Shown here piece after piece: positions 1 through 10,401 of a stretch of DNA of 64,000 nt (its first letter is position 1; every line of letters starts with the position of its first letter). The stretch covers positions 11,736-75,735 of the forward strand of contig CAKOMW010000002.1 of NCBI GenBank assembly GCA_934096805.1, given 5' to 3'. The notes under the pieces are model-generated. The model ran no database searches, was not told the DNA's origin, and saw nothing but the letters and a program-made list of their open reading frames with translations. Origin of the DNA: an uncultured Bacilli bacterium (GTDB taxonomy: Bacteria > Bacillota_I > Bacilli_A > RF39 > UBA660). A program made the position numbers and the translations under genes.

Positions 1-38
1 TGAAAAGAAGTGAAGTAGATAAAAATAAACTATCTCCA

Positions 39-2537
39 ATGATGCTACAATATTTAGAAATAAAAGAACAAAACGAAGATGCCATCATCTTCTTTAGACT
101 TGGAGACTTTTATGAAATGTTCTTTGAAGACGCAGAACTAGTATCCCGTCTTCTAGAACTAACCCTAACAGGAAAAAACTGTGGACTAGAAGAAAGAGTA
201 CCAATGTGTGGTATACCATACCATGCCTATTTAGGATACCTAGAAAAACTAGTGACCCTAGGGTATAAAATAGCAATATGCGAACAACTAACACCTCCAG
301 ATAAAAAAGGAGTAGTAAAAAGAGGAATAGTTCAAATTGTAACCAAAGGAACCTTAATGGAAAGAACATCCCTAGACGAAAAAAATAATAACTACATCGG
401 AAGCATATACGATTACAATCATTGTTATGCCTTAAGCTATGCCGATATTTCAACCGGAGCAATGTATTCAAGCCTAATAGACCACGACAAAGAAAAACTA
501 ATAAACGAAATAATAAGAATAGACATCAAAGAACTAATAGTAAATGATAAAATAGATCGCAAAATACTAAGCACCTTAAGAGAAAAATATAGCATCCTAA
601 TAACCATAAATAATAATCTCCTTGAAGAACAATATCAAAATATATACGAAGACATTAAAGATTTAAGAATAATAAACTCTATAAAACACTTGCTCTTCTA
701 CATTCAAGACACCAAAAAAGGAAATCTAAGTCATCTTCAAAAAAGTATCATAATAGACAAAAACGAATCATTAGAAATAGACATTCATTCCAAAAGAAAT
801 TTAGAACTAGTAGAAACCCTAAGACTAAAAGAAAGAACATACTCATTACTATGGCTCCTAGATAAAACTAAAACAGCCATGGGTTCAAGATTACTAAAAA
901 AATGGATAGAGGCCCCTCTAGTAAACAAAGAAGAAATTGAAAAAAGACAAAATCTGATCACAACCCTTCTAACCGAATTCATTCTAAAAGAAGAGCTAAG
1001 AGACCTCCTAAACAATGTCTATGACCTAGAAAGACTATCAGGAAGAATATCATATGGAAACCTAAACGCAAGAGACCTAATCCAACTAAAAAACTCCATA
1101 AAAACTTTCCCAGAAATAAAAAATATCTTAAAACAAATAAACTATGAAAAAACCTTTGACACTCTAGAAGAATTACAAAACACCCTAGAAAAATCAATAA
1201 ATGAAGATGCGCCAGTAACGATAAAAGAGGGAAATATTATAAAACAAGGATACAACGAAGAACTAGACAATCTAAGAAACCTATCAAGTGGAGGCAAAGA
1301 ATTCATTTTAAAACTAGAACAACAAGAAAAAGAACGTACCGGAATAAAAAACCTAAAAGTAGGATTCAACAAAGTCTATGGATATTACATTGAAATATCA
1401 AAAGGAAACGTTCATCAAATAAAAGAAGAATATGGCTATGTCAGAAAACAAACCCTAACAACCGGAGAAAGATATATAACAAACGAACTAAAAGAAAAAG
1501 AAGACATAATCTTAAACTCTGAAGAAAAAAGCATTGCTTTAGAATACAAACTATTCATTGAAATAAGAGACGAAGTAAGAAAATACATCCAAAAAATTCA
1601 ACAAGCAGCCCAAGTAATAAGTGAAATAGACGCCATCGTATCCCTAGCCAATGTTGCAGAACAAAACAACTTTATAAAACCAACCATAACAAATGAAAGG
1701 AACGTATACATAAAAGAAGCCAGACACCCTGTTGTAGAAAAAGTATCAAAAAAAGAATACGTTCAAAACGATATAATAATGGATGAAAAAACCAATATAC
1801 TCCTAATAACCGGACCAAATATGAGTGGAAAATCAACATATATGAGAATGTTTGCTATAATTGTAATCATGAATCAAATAGGCTCATTCATTCCTGCAAA
1901 ACAAGCAACCCTTCCAATCTTTGATAAAATATTCACAAGAATCGGAGCTAGCGATGACCTTGTAAGTGGAGAATCAACATTCATGGTTGAAATGAAAGAA
2001 GCCAACAATGCCGTTCAAGGAGCAACAAAAAACAGCCTAATTCTCTTTGATGAACTAGGAAGAGGTACAGCAACTTATGACGGAATGAGCCTAGCCCAAG
2101 CAATATTAGAATACATCCACGACCATGTAAAAGCAAAAACCTTGTTTTCAACCCACTATCACGAACTAACTACTCTAGATAAAAAACTAAGAAACCTAAA
2201 AAACATCCACGTAAGCGCCATCGAGGAACAAGGAACAATAACCTTTCTTCACAAAATAAAACCAGGACCAGTAGACAAAAGTTACGGAATTCATGTTGCA
2301 TCATTAGTAAACCTACCAAAAGAAATAATAAAAAGAGCTGAAGAAATACTAGACGTCTATGAAAATAAAAAACCAAAAAAAGAAATATATGAACAAACAA
2401 CTTTAAATCTAGAATTTAACAATCAAGAACAATCAAAAATTGAAAAAAGAATAAAAGAAATAAATCCTCTAGAAATCACTCCCCTAGAAGCCCTTAATAT
2501 TCTAGATGAATTAAAAAAAGAACTAAACGAAAAGTAG
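39..2537 (+). CDS. mutS: DNA mismatch repair protein MutS. The N-terminus may extend upstream of the window, since there is no in-frame stop between position 3 and 39.
   Basis: N-terminal PMMLQYLEIK..FFRLGDFYEMFFEDA mismatch-binding motif, Walker A GPNMSGKST, DE LGRGT and STHYHEL motifs, 832 aa. Confidence 0.9.
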   Translation: MMLQYLEIKEQNEDAIIFFRLGDFYEMFFEDAELVSRLLELTLTGKNCGLEERVPMCGIPYHAYLGYLEKLVTLGYKIAICEQLTPPDKKGVVKRGIVQIVTKGTLMERTSLDEKNNNYIGSIYDYNHCYALSYADISTGAMYSSLIDHDKEKLINEIIRIDIKELIVNDKIDRKILSTLREKYSILITINNNLLEEQYQNIYEDIKDLRIINSIKHLLFYIQDTKKGNLSHLQKSIIIDKNESLEIDIHSKRNLELVETLRLKERTYSLLWLLDKTKTAMGSRLLKKWIEAPLVNKEEIEKRQNLITTLLTEFILKEELRDLLNNVYDLERLSGRISYGNLNARDLIQLKNSIKTFPEIKNILKQINYEKTFDTLEELQNTLEKSINEDAPVTIKEGNIIKQGYNEELDNLRNLSSGGKEFILKLEQQEKERTGIKNLKVGFNKVYGYYIEISKGNVHQIKEEYGYVRKQTLTTGERYITNELKEKEDIILNSEEKSIALEYKLFIEIRDEVRKYIQKIQQAAQVISEIDAIVSLANVAEQNNFIKPTITNERNVYIKEARHPVVEKVSKKEYVQNDIIMDEKTNILLITGPNMSGKSTYMRMFAIIVIMNQIGSFIPAKQATLPIFDKIFTRIGASDDLVSGESTFMVEMKEANNAVQGATKNSLILFDELGRGTATYDGMSLAQAILEYIHDHVKAKTLFSTHYHELTTLDKKLRNLKNIHVSAIEEQGTITFLHKIKPGPVDKSYGIHVASLVNLPKEIIKRAEEILDVYENKKPKKEIYEQTTLNLEFNNQEQSKIEKRIKEINPLEITPLEALNILDELKKELNEK

Positions 2538-2545
2538 GTGATAAA

Positions 2546-3388
2546 ATGGGAACACTATACATAGTAGCAACTCCTATCGGTAATCTAGAAGACATTACCA
2601 AAAGAGCAATAAAAACCCTAAAAGAAGTAGACATTATTCTCTGTGAAGACACAAGACACAGCCTAAAACTATTAAACCACTATGAAATAAAAAACAAACT
2701 AATTTCATACCATAAATTTAATGAAACAGAGAGAACAACAACCATAATAAACTACCTAAAACAAGGAAAAAACATTGCCCTAATAACAGACGCCGGAACC
2801 CCATGTATATCAGATCCGGGATACATCCTAATAAAAGAAGCTAAAACAAATAATATAAATACAGTTCCAATCGGAGGAATATCAGCATTAGTTACAGCCT
2901 TATCAATAAGCGGTTTAAACACTAACAACTTCACTTTTTATGGATTCTTTCCTCGAGAAACAAAACAAAAAAAAGAACTAATAAAAAACATAAAAACAAG
3001 TAATATAAATACATTTGTCTTCTATGAAAGCCCAAAAAGAATAATAAAAACTCTAGAATACATAGAACAAAACCTAGACAATATAAAAATAAGTCTATCA
3101 AGCGATCTAACCAAACTCCATGAAAAAAACTATTATGGACAAATAAAACAAGTAATAACAGAACTAAAAGCCAATGAAAACGCAACCAAAGGAGAATACA
3201 CCTTTGTAATAGAAAAAGATTATATTGAAAAACAAGAAACCAATCTCTCATTAGAAGCACAACTAATAGATATAGCAATAAAAAATAAAACATCTCTAAA
3301 AGAAGCAATAAACATCTTAAATGAAACAACCAACTATAAAAAGAAAGACATATACAATGCCAATATAAATCTAAAAAACATTAAATAA
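2546..3388 (+). CDS. rsmI: 16S rRNA (cytidine1402-2'-O)-methyltransferase RsmI (tetrapyrrole-methylase fold)
   Basis: LYIVATPIGNLEDIT..ILCEDTRHS N-terminal signature, 280 aa. Confidence 0.85.
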   Translation: MGTLYIVATPIGNLEDITKRAIKTLKEVDIILCEDTRHSLKLLNHYEIKNKLISYHKFNETERTTTIINYLKQGKNIALITDAGTPCISDPGYILIKEAKTNNINTVPIGGISALVTALSISGLNTNNFTFYGFFPRETKQKKELIKNIKTSNINTFVFYESPKRIIKTLEYIEQNLDNIKISLSSDLTKLHEKNYYGQIKQVITELKANENATKGEYTFVIEKDYIEKQETNLSLEAQLIDIAIKNKTSLKEAINILNETTNYKKKDIYNANINLKNIK

Positions 3389-3456
3389 AAAGCCAAATAA
3401 TTATTTACATTTAAAAATAAATATGTTATAATAAGCCCCACTAAATGGGGGATAAT

Positions 3457-3960
3457 ATGAACAAAGAAATAATAAAATATTTAAACCAACTAGTCCTAAC
3501 ACTAATAATCCTAACAACATCAACATTCATCTGGTTAGAAAACCAAGACAAAAAAAGAAACATCATCACCAATAGTCAAATAAGAAAAACTATGTACATC
3601 GAAGAACTATCAAACCCGATAACCCTAGAAAACTCTTATCCAACCAAAGATAAAGAAGGCCTAAAAGAAAAAGGTTACACTTTTAAAGTAAAAAATAACT
3701 ATCAAAATAAAGAAGTAACATTCTATTTAAAAAACAATCTAATAGATAAAAAAGATCAATTAAACTACAAATATATAAGATACCAAGTAACAAAAGACAA
3801 CCACGTAATAATAAAACCAACAAACATCAAAGAAACAGGCATCTTATTTAAAGACAACAATACAGAAAATAGTACCTATGAAATAAAAATGTGGATTGAC
3901 TATAACTCAGACACAGGAGTATACGGTAAAAAGTTTTCTACTAAATTAGCCCTTTTATAG
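3457..3960 (+). CDS. Hypothetical membrane-anchored protein. It is a short paralog of the N-terminal domain of the poly-G variable family.
   Basis: N-terminal TM helix. Shares the YEIKMWIDYNSD motif with RLWIDESATNTD / RIWIDYEVDANS of the variable proteins. SD-like GGGGGA 4 nt upstream of the ATG at 3457. Confidence 0.5.
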   Translation: MNKEIIKYLNQLVLTLIILTTSTFIWLENQDKKRNIITNSQIRKTMYIEELSNPITLENSYPTKDKEGLKEKGYTFKVKNNYQNKEVTFYLKNNLIDKKDQLNYKYIRYQVTKDNHVIIKPTNIKETGILFKDNNTENSTYEIKMWIDYNSDTGVYGKKFSTKLALL

Positions 3961-4004
3961 TGCTATTTTTTTTAATTTGTTTTATAATTAAATAGGTGAT
4001 AACA

Positions 4005-4916
4005 ATGCAACAAACAAAAGATATATTCAATAAAACAAAATATAATGATAAAATACTAAAAGAAAATTATACAAAAGCCTTAAATAATAAAAAAGTATTA
4101 CAACTAAGAGAAAGAATAAAAATTGAAGATCAAAAAATATACAAACATGTACCAAACTTAATTGACTCATCAATAGAATTTGATAACTGTCTAAACTGTA
4201 AAGGACTAGCTAATTGTCAAAATGAAATAAAAGGATACTGCTACTATCCAGAAATAAACGATGACCAATTAATCTTTTCCTACGTAGCATGCAAATATAA
4301 AAACAACGAACTAAAAAAAGAAAAATATAAGGAGAATATTGACCTGTACAATGTTCCAACATCAATAAAAAATGCCTGTATGAAAAACATCTATGTTGAT
4401 GATAAATCACGAATTGAACCAATAAAATACATAAACAATTACTATCAAAACTACCCAAATGAAGAAAAAGGGTTATACTTATATGGAAATTTCGGAAGCG
4501 GGAAAACTTACTTAATCGCAGCCCTTTTCAATGAATTCGCAAAAAAAGGAATAAAATCAACAATAATCTACTTTCCAGAATTCCTAAGAACCCTAAAAGA
4601 ATCATTTCAAGAAACAGAAAACACTTACAGTGCAAAATATGAATACATAAAAAAAACACCACTTCTTTTAATTGATGACATCGGCGCCGAAAACGTAACA
4701 CCATGGGGAAGAGACGAAATACTAGGAACAATTCTCCAATATAGAATGGACGAAAACCTTCCAACCTTTTTCACATCAAATCTATCCCTTGATGAACTAG
4801 AAAGCCATCTAGGAGCAACCAATAAAAACATAGACAAAGTAAAAGCAAGAAGAATAATCGAAAGAATAAAATACCTAGCAAAAGACATAAAGCTAATCGG
4901 AGAAAATCGAAGATGA
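4005..4916 (+). CDS. dnaI: Primosomal helicase loader DnaI (DnaC/DnaI AAA+ family)
   Basis: Cys-rich N-terminal Zn-binding region, Walker A GNFGSGKTYL, Walker B LLLIDDIGAE. SD AGGTGA precedes the ATG at 4005. Confidence 0.7.
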   Translation: MQQTKDIFNKTKYNDKILKENYTKALNNKKVLQLRERIKIEDQKIYKHVPNLIDSSIEFDNCLNCKGLANCQNEIKGYCYYPEINDDQLIFSYVACKYKNNELKKEKYKENIDLYNVPTSIKNACMKNIYVDDKSRIEPIKYINNYYQNYPNEEKGLYLYGNFGSGKTYLIAALFNEFAKKGIKSTIIYFPEFLRTLKESFQETENTYSAKYEYIKKTPLLLIDDIGAENVTPWGRDEILGTILQYRMDENLPTFFTSNLSLDELESHLGATNKNIDKVKARRIIERIKYLAKDIKLIGENRR

Positions 4917-6724
4917 AAAACAATCAAAACATTATAGAAACCACAACCAAAGAAGAATATAAACAAAAAAACAATATCAAAACCGAAGAAGAATTATTCA
5001 ACAACTTGCTAAATAATTTAAAAAACGAAATAAAATCCATATTTCAAGGAACAATATCCGAAAATAAATACCAAATAGTAATAAAAACCCTTAACTATTT
5101 AGATGAAACCCTAGAACAAATAGAACATAAAAAACAAATAAAAACAAAATATTTAAGAAAAATAAAACAAGACACCATAACCTACTTAAAGGAAACAGAT
5201 AAAACAAAACCAAAAGCCAATAAAAAAATAGAAATATATCAAAAAATAATAAATAGATTGGAAAACATTGAACTAAATATAAACTATAATAAAAACAAAG
5301 AAACAATCGATAACTATAACATCATAAAATATGTTCTAATCGACCTAAAAGACGCAAATATCAGTCAAAAAATAGTAAAAGAATATGGATACTTAATAAA
5401 TGCTTATAATCAAACCAATCAAAACATTATAAACCAATTGGTAAATGAATACATAAAAGAACTATATAACTACATGGACATTGAAATAAACTACGACCTA
5501 TGCTACTATGAATCAATAATAAACGCTATCTTTGAAAACAAAAAAATTATAATCGAAGAAAAGACACTAAAAGAAAACACAAATAAATGCTTAAAAATAT
5601 TAAAACATAACAAAAACATCGAAGAGAAAAAAAGAATAAAAATGTTTTATTGGATAAACCATTTAATAAACATGTTGAATGATAAAGAATACATTCCAAC
5701 AATAGAAACAATAAATAACCTCTATAATATCAGATTTTATTTTAAACAAGCTCTCCACGAGGAAGGAAGAATCTACTACCTGACTAATCTTACTAAAACA
5801 CCAACAAATCAAGAAGATTACATAATATCGATTGACGACGAAGACAACTATAATAGAGATGATGCTGTATCAATAGAAAAAGAAAATGAAAACTATAACC
5901 TAAAAATATACATATCAGACCCTAACACTTTCTGTACAATGGACTCTCTATTAATAAAAGAAGCTAGAAAAAGATCCCAAAGCATCTACCTAAGTGATAG
6001 AACAATAGAAATATTTCCTGAAAGTATAATAGAGAACTACTTATCATTAAATGAAGAAAAACAAAGACTAGCTAGAATTTATAACTACAAAATATCAGAA
6101 GACGGACAAATAATAGACTTCTACATAGAAAAATCACCAATCATTGTAAGCAAAAACCTATCATATGAAAAAGTGAACAACAACCAGTACAAAGACAAAA
6201 AAATAAACGAGACCTTAGAACAACTACACGAAATAAGAAACATTATAACCAAAAACTATAACATAAAAAATCAATCAAACAGCGAAACCTTAATTGAATC
6301 CCTAATGGTCTTTAATAATATTAACGTTGCAAGATACTTTAAACAACACAATCTCCCATTAATATATAGAAATTTCGAACTAAAAAAAATAAAAAATTTC
6401 GAAGACATCGATCCTCAAGACGAAAATACCAAAAAAATTATAAAAATAATAAATTCAATCACCAATCAAGCATACTTTTCAGACAAAGTATTTCACCACG
6501 ATGGTATAAATGAAGAATATTATTGCTATAGCACTTCGCCTAACAGAAGATACGCCGACATTCTAGTAAATGAATGTGAAGACACTCTATATTTTAATAA
6601 ACCAACCAACAAAGAATACTATGCCTTTGAAGAATACTTAAAAAAAGAAGCAGATTACTTAAATCAAAAAAACCTCCAAATAGCAGAATACTACACAAGA
6701 TATGCAAGAACCTTAAAAAGATAA
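4913..6724 (+). CDS. RNB-domain exoribonuclease (RNase II/R family)
   Basis: SIDDEDNYNRDDAVSIE...IYISDPNTF matches the RNB catalytic DxxxxDDA / HIADV-like region. 603 aa. ATGA overlap with the dnaI stop. Confidence 0.6.
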   Translation: MKNNQNIIETTTKEEYKQKNNIKTEEELFNNLLNNLKNEIKSIFQGTISENKYQIVIKTLNYLDETLEQIEHKKQIKTKYLRKIKQDTITYLKETDKTKPKANKKIEIYQKIINRLENIELNINYNKNKETIDNYNIIKYVLIDLKDANISQKIVKEYGYLINAYNQTNQNIINQLVNEYIKELYNYMDIEINYDLCYYESIINAIFENKKIIIEEKTLKENTNKCLKILKHNKNIEEKKRIKMFYWINHLINMLNDKEYIPTIETINNLYNIRFYFKQALHEEGRIYYLTNLTKTPTNQEDYIISIDDEDNYNRDDAVSIEKENENYNLKIYISDPNTFCTMDSLLIKEARKRSQSIYLSDRTIEIFPESIIENYLSLNEEKQRLARIYNYKISEDGQIIDFYIEKSPIIVSKNLSYEKVNNNQYKDKKINETLEQLHEIRNIITKNYNIKNQSNSETLIESLMVFNNINVARYFKQHNLPLIYRNFELKKIKNFEDIDPQDENTKKIIKIINSITNQAYFSDKVFHHDGINEEYYCYSTSPNRRYADILVNECEDTLYFNKPTNKEYYAFEEYLKKEADYLNQKNLQIAEYYTRYARTLKR

Positions 6725-6731
6725 AAAATGC

Positions 6732-6760
6732 TTGAAAAAAGTATTTTTTTGTTATAGAAT
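6732..6760 (+). promoter_or_regulatory. Sigma-A-like promoter (TTGAAA-N17-TAGAAT) of variable-family copy 1
   Basis: -35 TTGAAA at 6732-6737, 17-bp spacer, -10 TAGAAT at 6755-6760. The same architecture is conserved upstream of copies 2, 4 and 5. Confidence 0.45.
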
Positions 6761-6874
6761 TAGACTATAGAAAACTAAAAAGGAGGACAGGTGTAATTGT
6801 AGGTTATAATTATAAACCACATAATATCGGGTAAAATAATTCGAAAATTTACATTTATACACCTAACAAGCAAT

Positions 6875-8461
6875 ATGATAAACAAACATTCGTCTGGGGG
6901 GGGGCAAAATACTAACAACCCTATAAATAAAAAAAGAAAGATACTATACTTAGTAGCCTTATCAATGTTTAGCATAGGTATAATAACACTAAGCACTTAT
7001 GCACTATATAATAATGAACTAATAACAGGTATAAATAAAATAGAAACAGGACAAGTAAAAATGTCCTACACAGAAGTAAATGAACTAAGCTTAAACAACG
7101 CCCTACCTATGAAAGATGAAGAAGGTAAAAAACTTAACAATTACTTTGATTTTACTGTGTCATCATATATAAAAACAAAAACAGATGATAACAATGAACA
7201 AGTATTAAAATATAATATAATCCTAGAACCAACATATTTTTCCGCACTAGGACAATCAGCTTCCTTACAAGAAATATCTGCATCAGAAATGGCAGAATAT
7301 TATCGTATAATTAATTCGGTTTATCACTTCAAAACATATCTAACAAAAATAGATGACAATGGAACAGAAACAGAAGTAGCAAAGCCAATTAACGTTGAAG
7401 ATTTAAATGGAGTTATAACCCAACAACAAGAAACATTCAAAAACGCCAAAGAACCAGTAACAACAAAGTATAGGCTAAGAATTTGGATAGACTATGAAGT
7501 AGATGCCAACAGCATAGTATGGAAAAAATTAGAACAACTTGGAGGAGCAACAATAAAATTTAGAGTAAACGTAAACACAGACAAAATAGAGCAAACTACT
7601 ACTATACCAATACTTAATCTACCAGTAGGAACAAGCCAAATAAAAAAAGTAACTCATGGTATGAGCTATACTTTACAAGTAGATAATAGGTTTGCAACAG
7701 AATATAGATATCAAGGAACCGATCCTAACAACTACATAAAATTTAATAATGAACTATGGAGAATAATCGGAGTAATCCCAACCGATGATGGAACAGGTAA
7801 AGTAGAAAATAGATTAAAAATAATAAGAAATGAATCAATCGGAGAAATGCCATGGAATGCTTGTGAGTATTCAAATATTGGTAGTGATAGTAATCCTGTA
7901 TATACATGCAATGACACAGGTAAATTCCTAAATGACTGGACTGGATCAACCTTAAACACTTACTTAAACACAACTTATTACAATTCCCTAACCAAAGAAG
8001 CAAGAGACATGATAGGAACAACAAAGTATTATCTTGGAAGTTCAGGCGATGAATTTAATGATTACATATGGGAAGCAGAAAGGTCAAACGAAAGTAAAAA
8101 CTATTATTCATATAATGGTGTGAATAATCCCTTGTCAGAAACAAATAAAATATCACTAGTTTATCCAAGTGATATATATTACGGTTATAACTATGAAATT
8201 CCAATTTTATTATATCAAGCAGACTTATTATCTGTTTTTGAATATTCTAAGATTTTAAAATTGAATTGGAGCAAAACTGATTATGTAAAGACAAGCGTCG
8301 ATAGTAGCCATACGATCAACTTTAATGATGATATTCATGTAGATATCTTTGATAATATGGCAACCCCTTATGTGTATCCAGTCCTAAGTCTCTCATCTAA
8401 TGTAAAAATATCCGGAGGAACTGGAACAAGCACTGACCCTTATACCTTATCCCTTCAATAA
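6875..8461 (+). CDS. Poly-G phase-variable surface protein family, copy 1 (full-length, in frame). N-terminal signal anchor, conserved central WRIIG..PTxD..G.VENR..II module, C-terminal LSLSSNVKISGG.GTS..PYTLS.
   Basis: Continuous 528-aa ORF. N-terminal TM ILYLVALSMFSIGIITLSTYALY. Paralogous to the ORFs at 36.5, 44.6 and 60.2 kb. Confidence 0.7.
   Translation: MINKHSSGGGQNTNNPINKKRKILYLVALSMFSIGIITLSTYALYNNELITGINKIETGQVKMSYTEVNELSLNNALPMKDEEGKKLNNYFDFTVSSYIKTKTDDNNEQVLKYNIILEPTYFSALGQSASLQEISASEMAEYYRIINSVYHFKTYLTKIDDNGTETEVAKPINVEDLNGVITQQQETFKNAKEPVTTKYRLRIWIDYEVDANSIVWKKLEQLGGATIKFRVNVNTDKIEQTTTIPILNLPVGTSQIKKVTHGMSYTLQVDNRFATEYRYQGTDPNNYIKFNNELWRIIGVIPTDDGTGKVENRLKIIRNESIGEMPWNACEYSNIGSDSNPVYTCNDTGKFLNDWTGSTLNTYLNTTYYNSLTKEARDMIGTTKYYLGSSGDEFNDYIWEAERSNESKNYYSYNGVNNPLSETNKISLVYPSDIYYGYNYEIPILLYQADLLSVFEYSKILKLNWSKTDYVKTSVDSSHTINFNDDIHVDIFDNMATPYVYPVLSLSSNVKISGGTGTSTDPYTLSLQ
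6896..6904 (+). repeat. Homopolymeric G tract, n=9, in codons 8-10 of copy 1 (in-frame, ON)
   Basis: ATG ATA AAC AAA CAT TCG TCT GGG GGG GGG CAA AAT... reads through into the 528-aa ORF. Confidence 0.8.
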
Positions 8462-8491
8462 CATAAATTAAAACAATACATTATAAAAATC

Positions 8492-8515
8492 AAAAGTTCC
8501 AATCGGAACTTTTTA
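8492..8515 (+). terminator. Rho-independent terminator after copy 1
   Basis: Perfect 9-bp stem AAAAGTTCC / GGAACTTTT with loop AATC and a T-run. Confidence 0.6.
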
Positions 8516-8583
8516 AATTACTTTTCCTTGTCTTTTCCTAAAAAATATGATATAATTTACAAGTCGCATAAGAGGTGGTAAAA

Positions 8584-10401
8584 ATGGAAAATAAAAATGA
8601 AAAAATAATAAATATTGCAGTAGTAGCACACGTAGACGTAGGAAAATCAACCCTTGTAGACGCACTACTACAACAAAGCGGTTCCTTAGAAAAAGAAACA
8701 GACGAACATCAAATCATGGACAGTAATGACCTAGAAAAGGAAAGAGGAATAACAATCTATTCTAAAAACTGTTCAATAAGATACAAAGACTATAAAATAA
8801 ACATAGTAGACACTCCAGGACATGCTGACTTTTCAAGTGAAGTAGAAAGAATCATCAAAACCGTAGACACTGTAATCCTACTTGTTGATTCAGCTGAGGG
8901 AGTAATGCCTCAAACAAGATTCGTTCTACAACAAGCCCTAAAACAAAACCTTAATCCAATTCTGTTTATCAATAAAATAGATAAAAAAGACGCTAGAATA
9001 GACGACGTTGTAAACATGACATTCGATCTATTCGTTGAACTTGATGCCAATGACACTCAATTAGACTTCCCAATCGTCTATGGAATAGCACGTGACGGAA
9101 TTGCTAAACTTGACATCAATGACCCATCAAATGACATAACCCCACTTTTAGAAACAATCATAAATCACACCAAAGTATACGAAGGAAATGAAAACGACCC
9201 TTTACAACTACAAATATCATCACTAGAATACGATGATTACCTAGGAAGAATGGGAATCGGAAGAGTAACCAAAGGAATAATAAAAAGTGGAGAAATGGTA
9301 GCTATAAGCAAAAACAATAGTGAAATAATAAACAATCGTGTTGGAAAAATATTCGTAAACGAAGGAATAAAAAAGAAAGAAGTAAAAGAAGCAAGATACG
9401 GAGAAATAGTAACAGTTCAAACATATCCTGATATCAAAGTTGGAGACACAATTTGCGATGTAAACAATATAAATCCAATGGACCCAATTGAAATTGAAGA
9501 ACCAACACTATCAATGAACTTTCTAGTAAATTCATCACCATTCGCAGGAAGAAGTGGCAAATTCTTAACCAATAGACACATCAAAGAAAGACTTGACCGC
9601 GAACTAGAAACAAACGTCGGTCTAAAAGTAGAACCATTAGAAAACAGCGACGGATACAAAGTATCAGGACGAGGAGAACTACACCTATCAATTCTCTTAG
9701 AAAAAATGAGAAGAGAAGGCTACGAACTATCAGTATCAAAACCAGTCGTGCTTTTTAAAGAAGAAAATGGTATTAAAGAAGAACCATATGAAAAAGTAAT
9801 AATAAACGTTCCAAATGACTACAGTGGTACTATTATAAATGACTTAAACGAAAGAAAAGGAATAATGGAAGAACTATCAAACAATGAAAGCTACACCAAA
9901 ATAATCTTTTCCGTGCCAACTCGTGGTCTAATTGGATATCGTAGCAATTTCATAACTAATACCAAAGGTGAGGGAATAATGGTAAGAAGCTTCGATTCAT
10001 ACAAACCATATGCCGGTCCAATAAAAGGAAGAAAAAACGGAGTATTAGTTTCTTGCGAAAATGGTACAACAATGGCTTATTCTCTATACAATCTAAGCGA
10101 CCGTGGAACAATGATTGTATCCCCATCAACCGAAGTATATGAAGGCATGATAATAGGAATAAACAACAGAGACAACGACCTAAACGTTAACCCTTGCAAA
10201 AACAAACAATTAACAAACACCAGAGCAGCAGGAAGTGACGATGCCTTAACCCTAATAAACCCTAAAAAATTCACTCTAGAAGAAGCCCTAGAATTTATAG
10301 AAAACGATGAACTAGTAGAAATAACCCCAGACAGCATAAGACTAAGAAAAAAGATACTAGATGAAAAAGAAAGGTACAGAGTCCAATCTAAGAACTCTTA
10401 A
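8584..10401 (+). CDS. typA: Translational GTPase TypA/BipA
   Basis: G1 AHVDVGKST, DTPGHADF, NKID. EF-G-like domains. SD AGAGGTGG before the ATG at 8584. Confidence 0.9.
   Translation: MENKNEKIINIAVVAHVDVGKSTLVDALLQQSGSLEKETDEHQIMDSNDLEKERGITIYSKNCSIRYKDYKINIVDTPGHADFSSEVERIIKTVDTVILLVDSAEGVMPQTRFVLQQALKQNLNPILFINKIDKKDARIDDVVNMTFDLFVELDANDTQLDFPIVYGIARDGIAKLDINDPSNDITPLLETIINHTKVYEGNENDPLQLQISSLEYDDYLGRMGIGRVTKGIIKSGEMVAISKNNSEIINNRVGKIFVNEGIKKKEVKEARYGEIVTVQTYPDIKVGDTICDVNNINPMDPIEIEEPTLSMNFLVNSSPFAGRSGKFLTNRHIKERLDRELETNVGLKVEPLENSDGYKVSGRGELHLSILLEKMRREGYELSVSKPVVLFKEENGIKEEPYEKVIINVPNDYSGTIINDLNERKGIMEELSNNESYTKIIFSVPTRGLIGYRSNFITNTKGEGIMVRSFDSYKPYAGPIKGRKNGVLVSCENGTTMAYSLYNLSDRGTMIVSPSTEVYEGMIIGINNRDNDLNVNPCKNKQLTNTRAAGSDDALTLINPKKFTLEEALEFIENDELVEITPDSIRLRKKILDEKERYRVQSKNS

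Noticed and set aside
3445-3456. G5 run at 3448-3452 as a sixth phase-variable tract
   Set aside because: Five G is too short for appreciable slippage. It is better explained as the SD (GGGGGA) of a start at 3457.
6791-6796. GTG-TAA after the leader SD as an ordinary gene start
   Set aside because: It is followed immediately by a stop, so it is a zero-length ORF. It is reported as a possible regulatory start-stop element, not a CDS.
8575-8583. ORF-track N-terminal extensions (8575 typA, 13460 ezrA, 18568 rplS, 23877 rpmG, 33136 regulator, 41111 HTH, 43968 pilin, 54791, 28251 permease, 3445, 3996)
   Set aside because: In each case a downstream ATG is preceded at 5-9 nt by a good SD and matches the conserved protein N-terminus. 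The upstream extensions add non-conserved residues.
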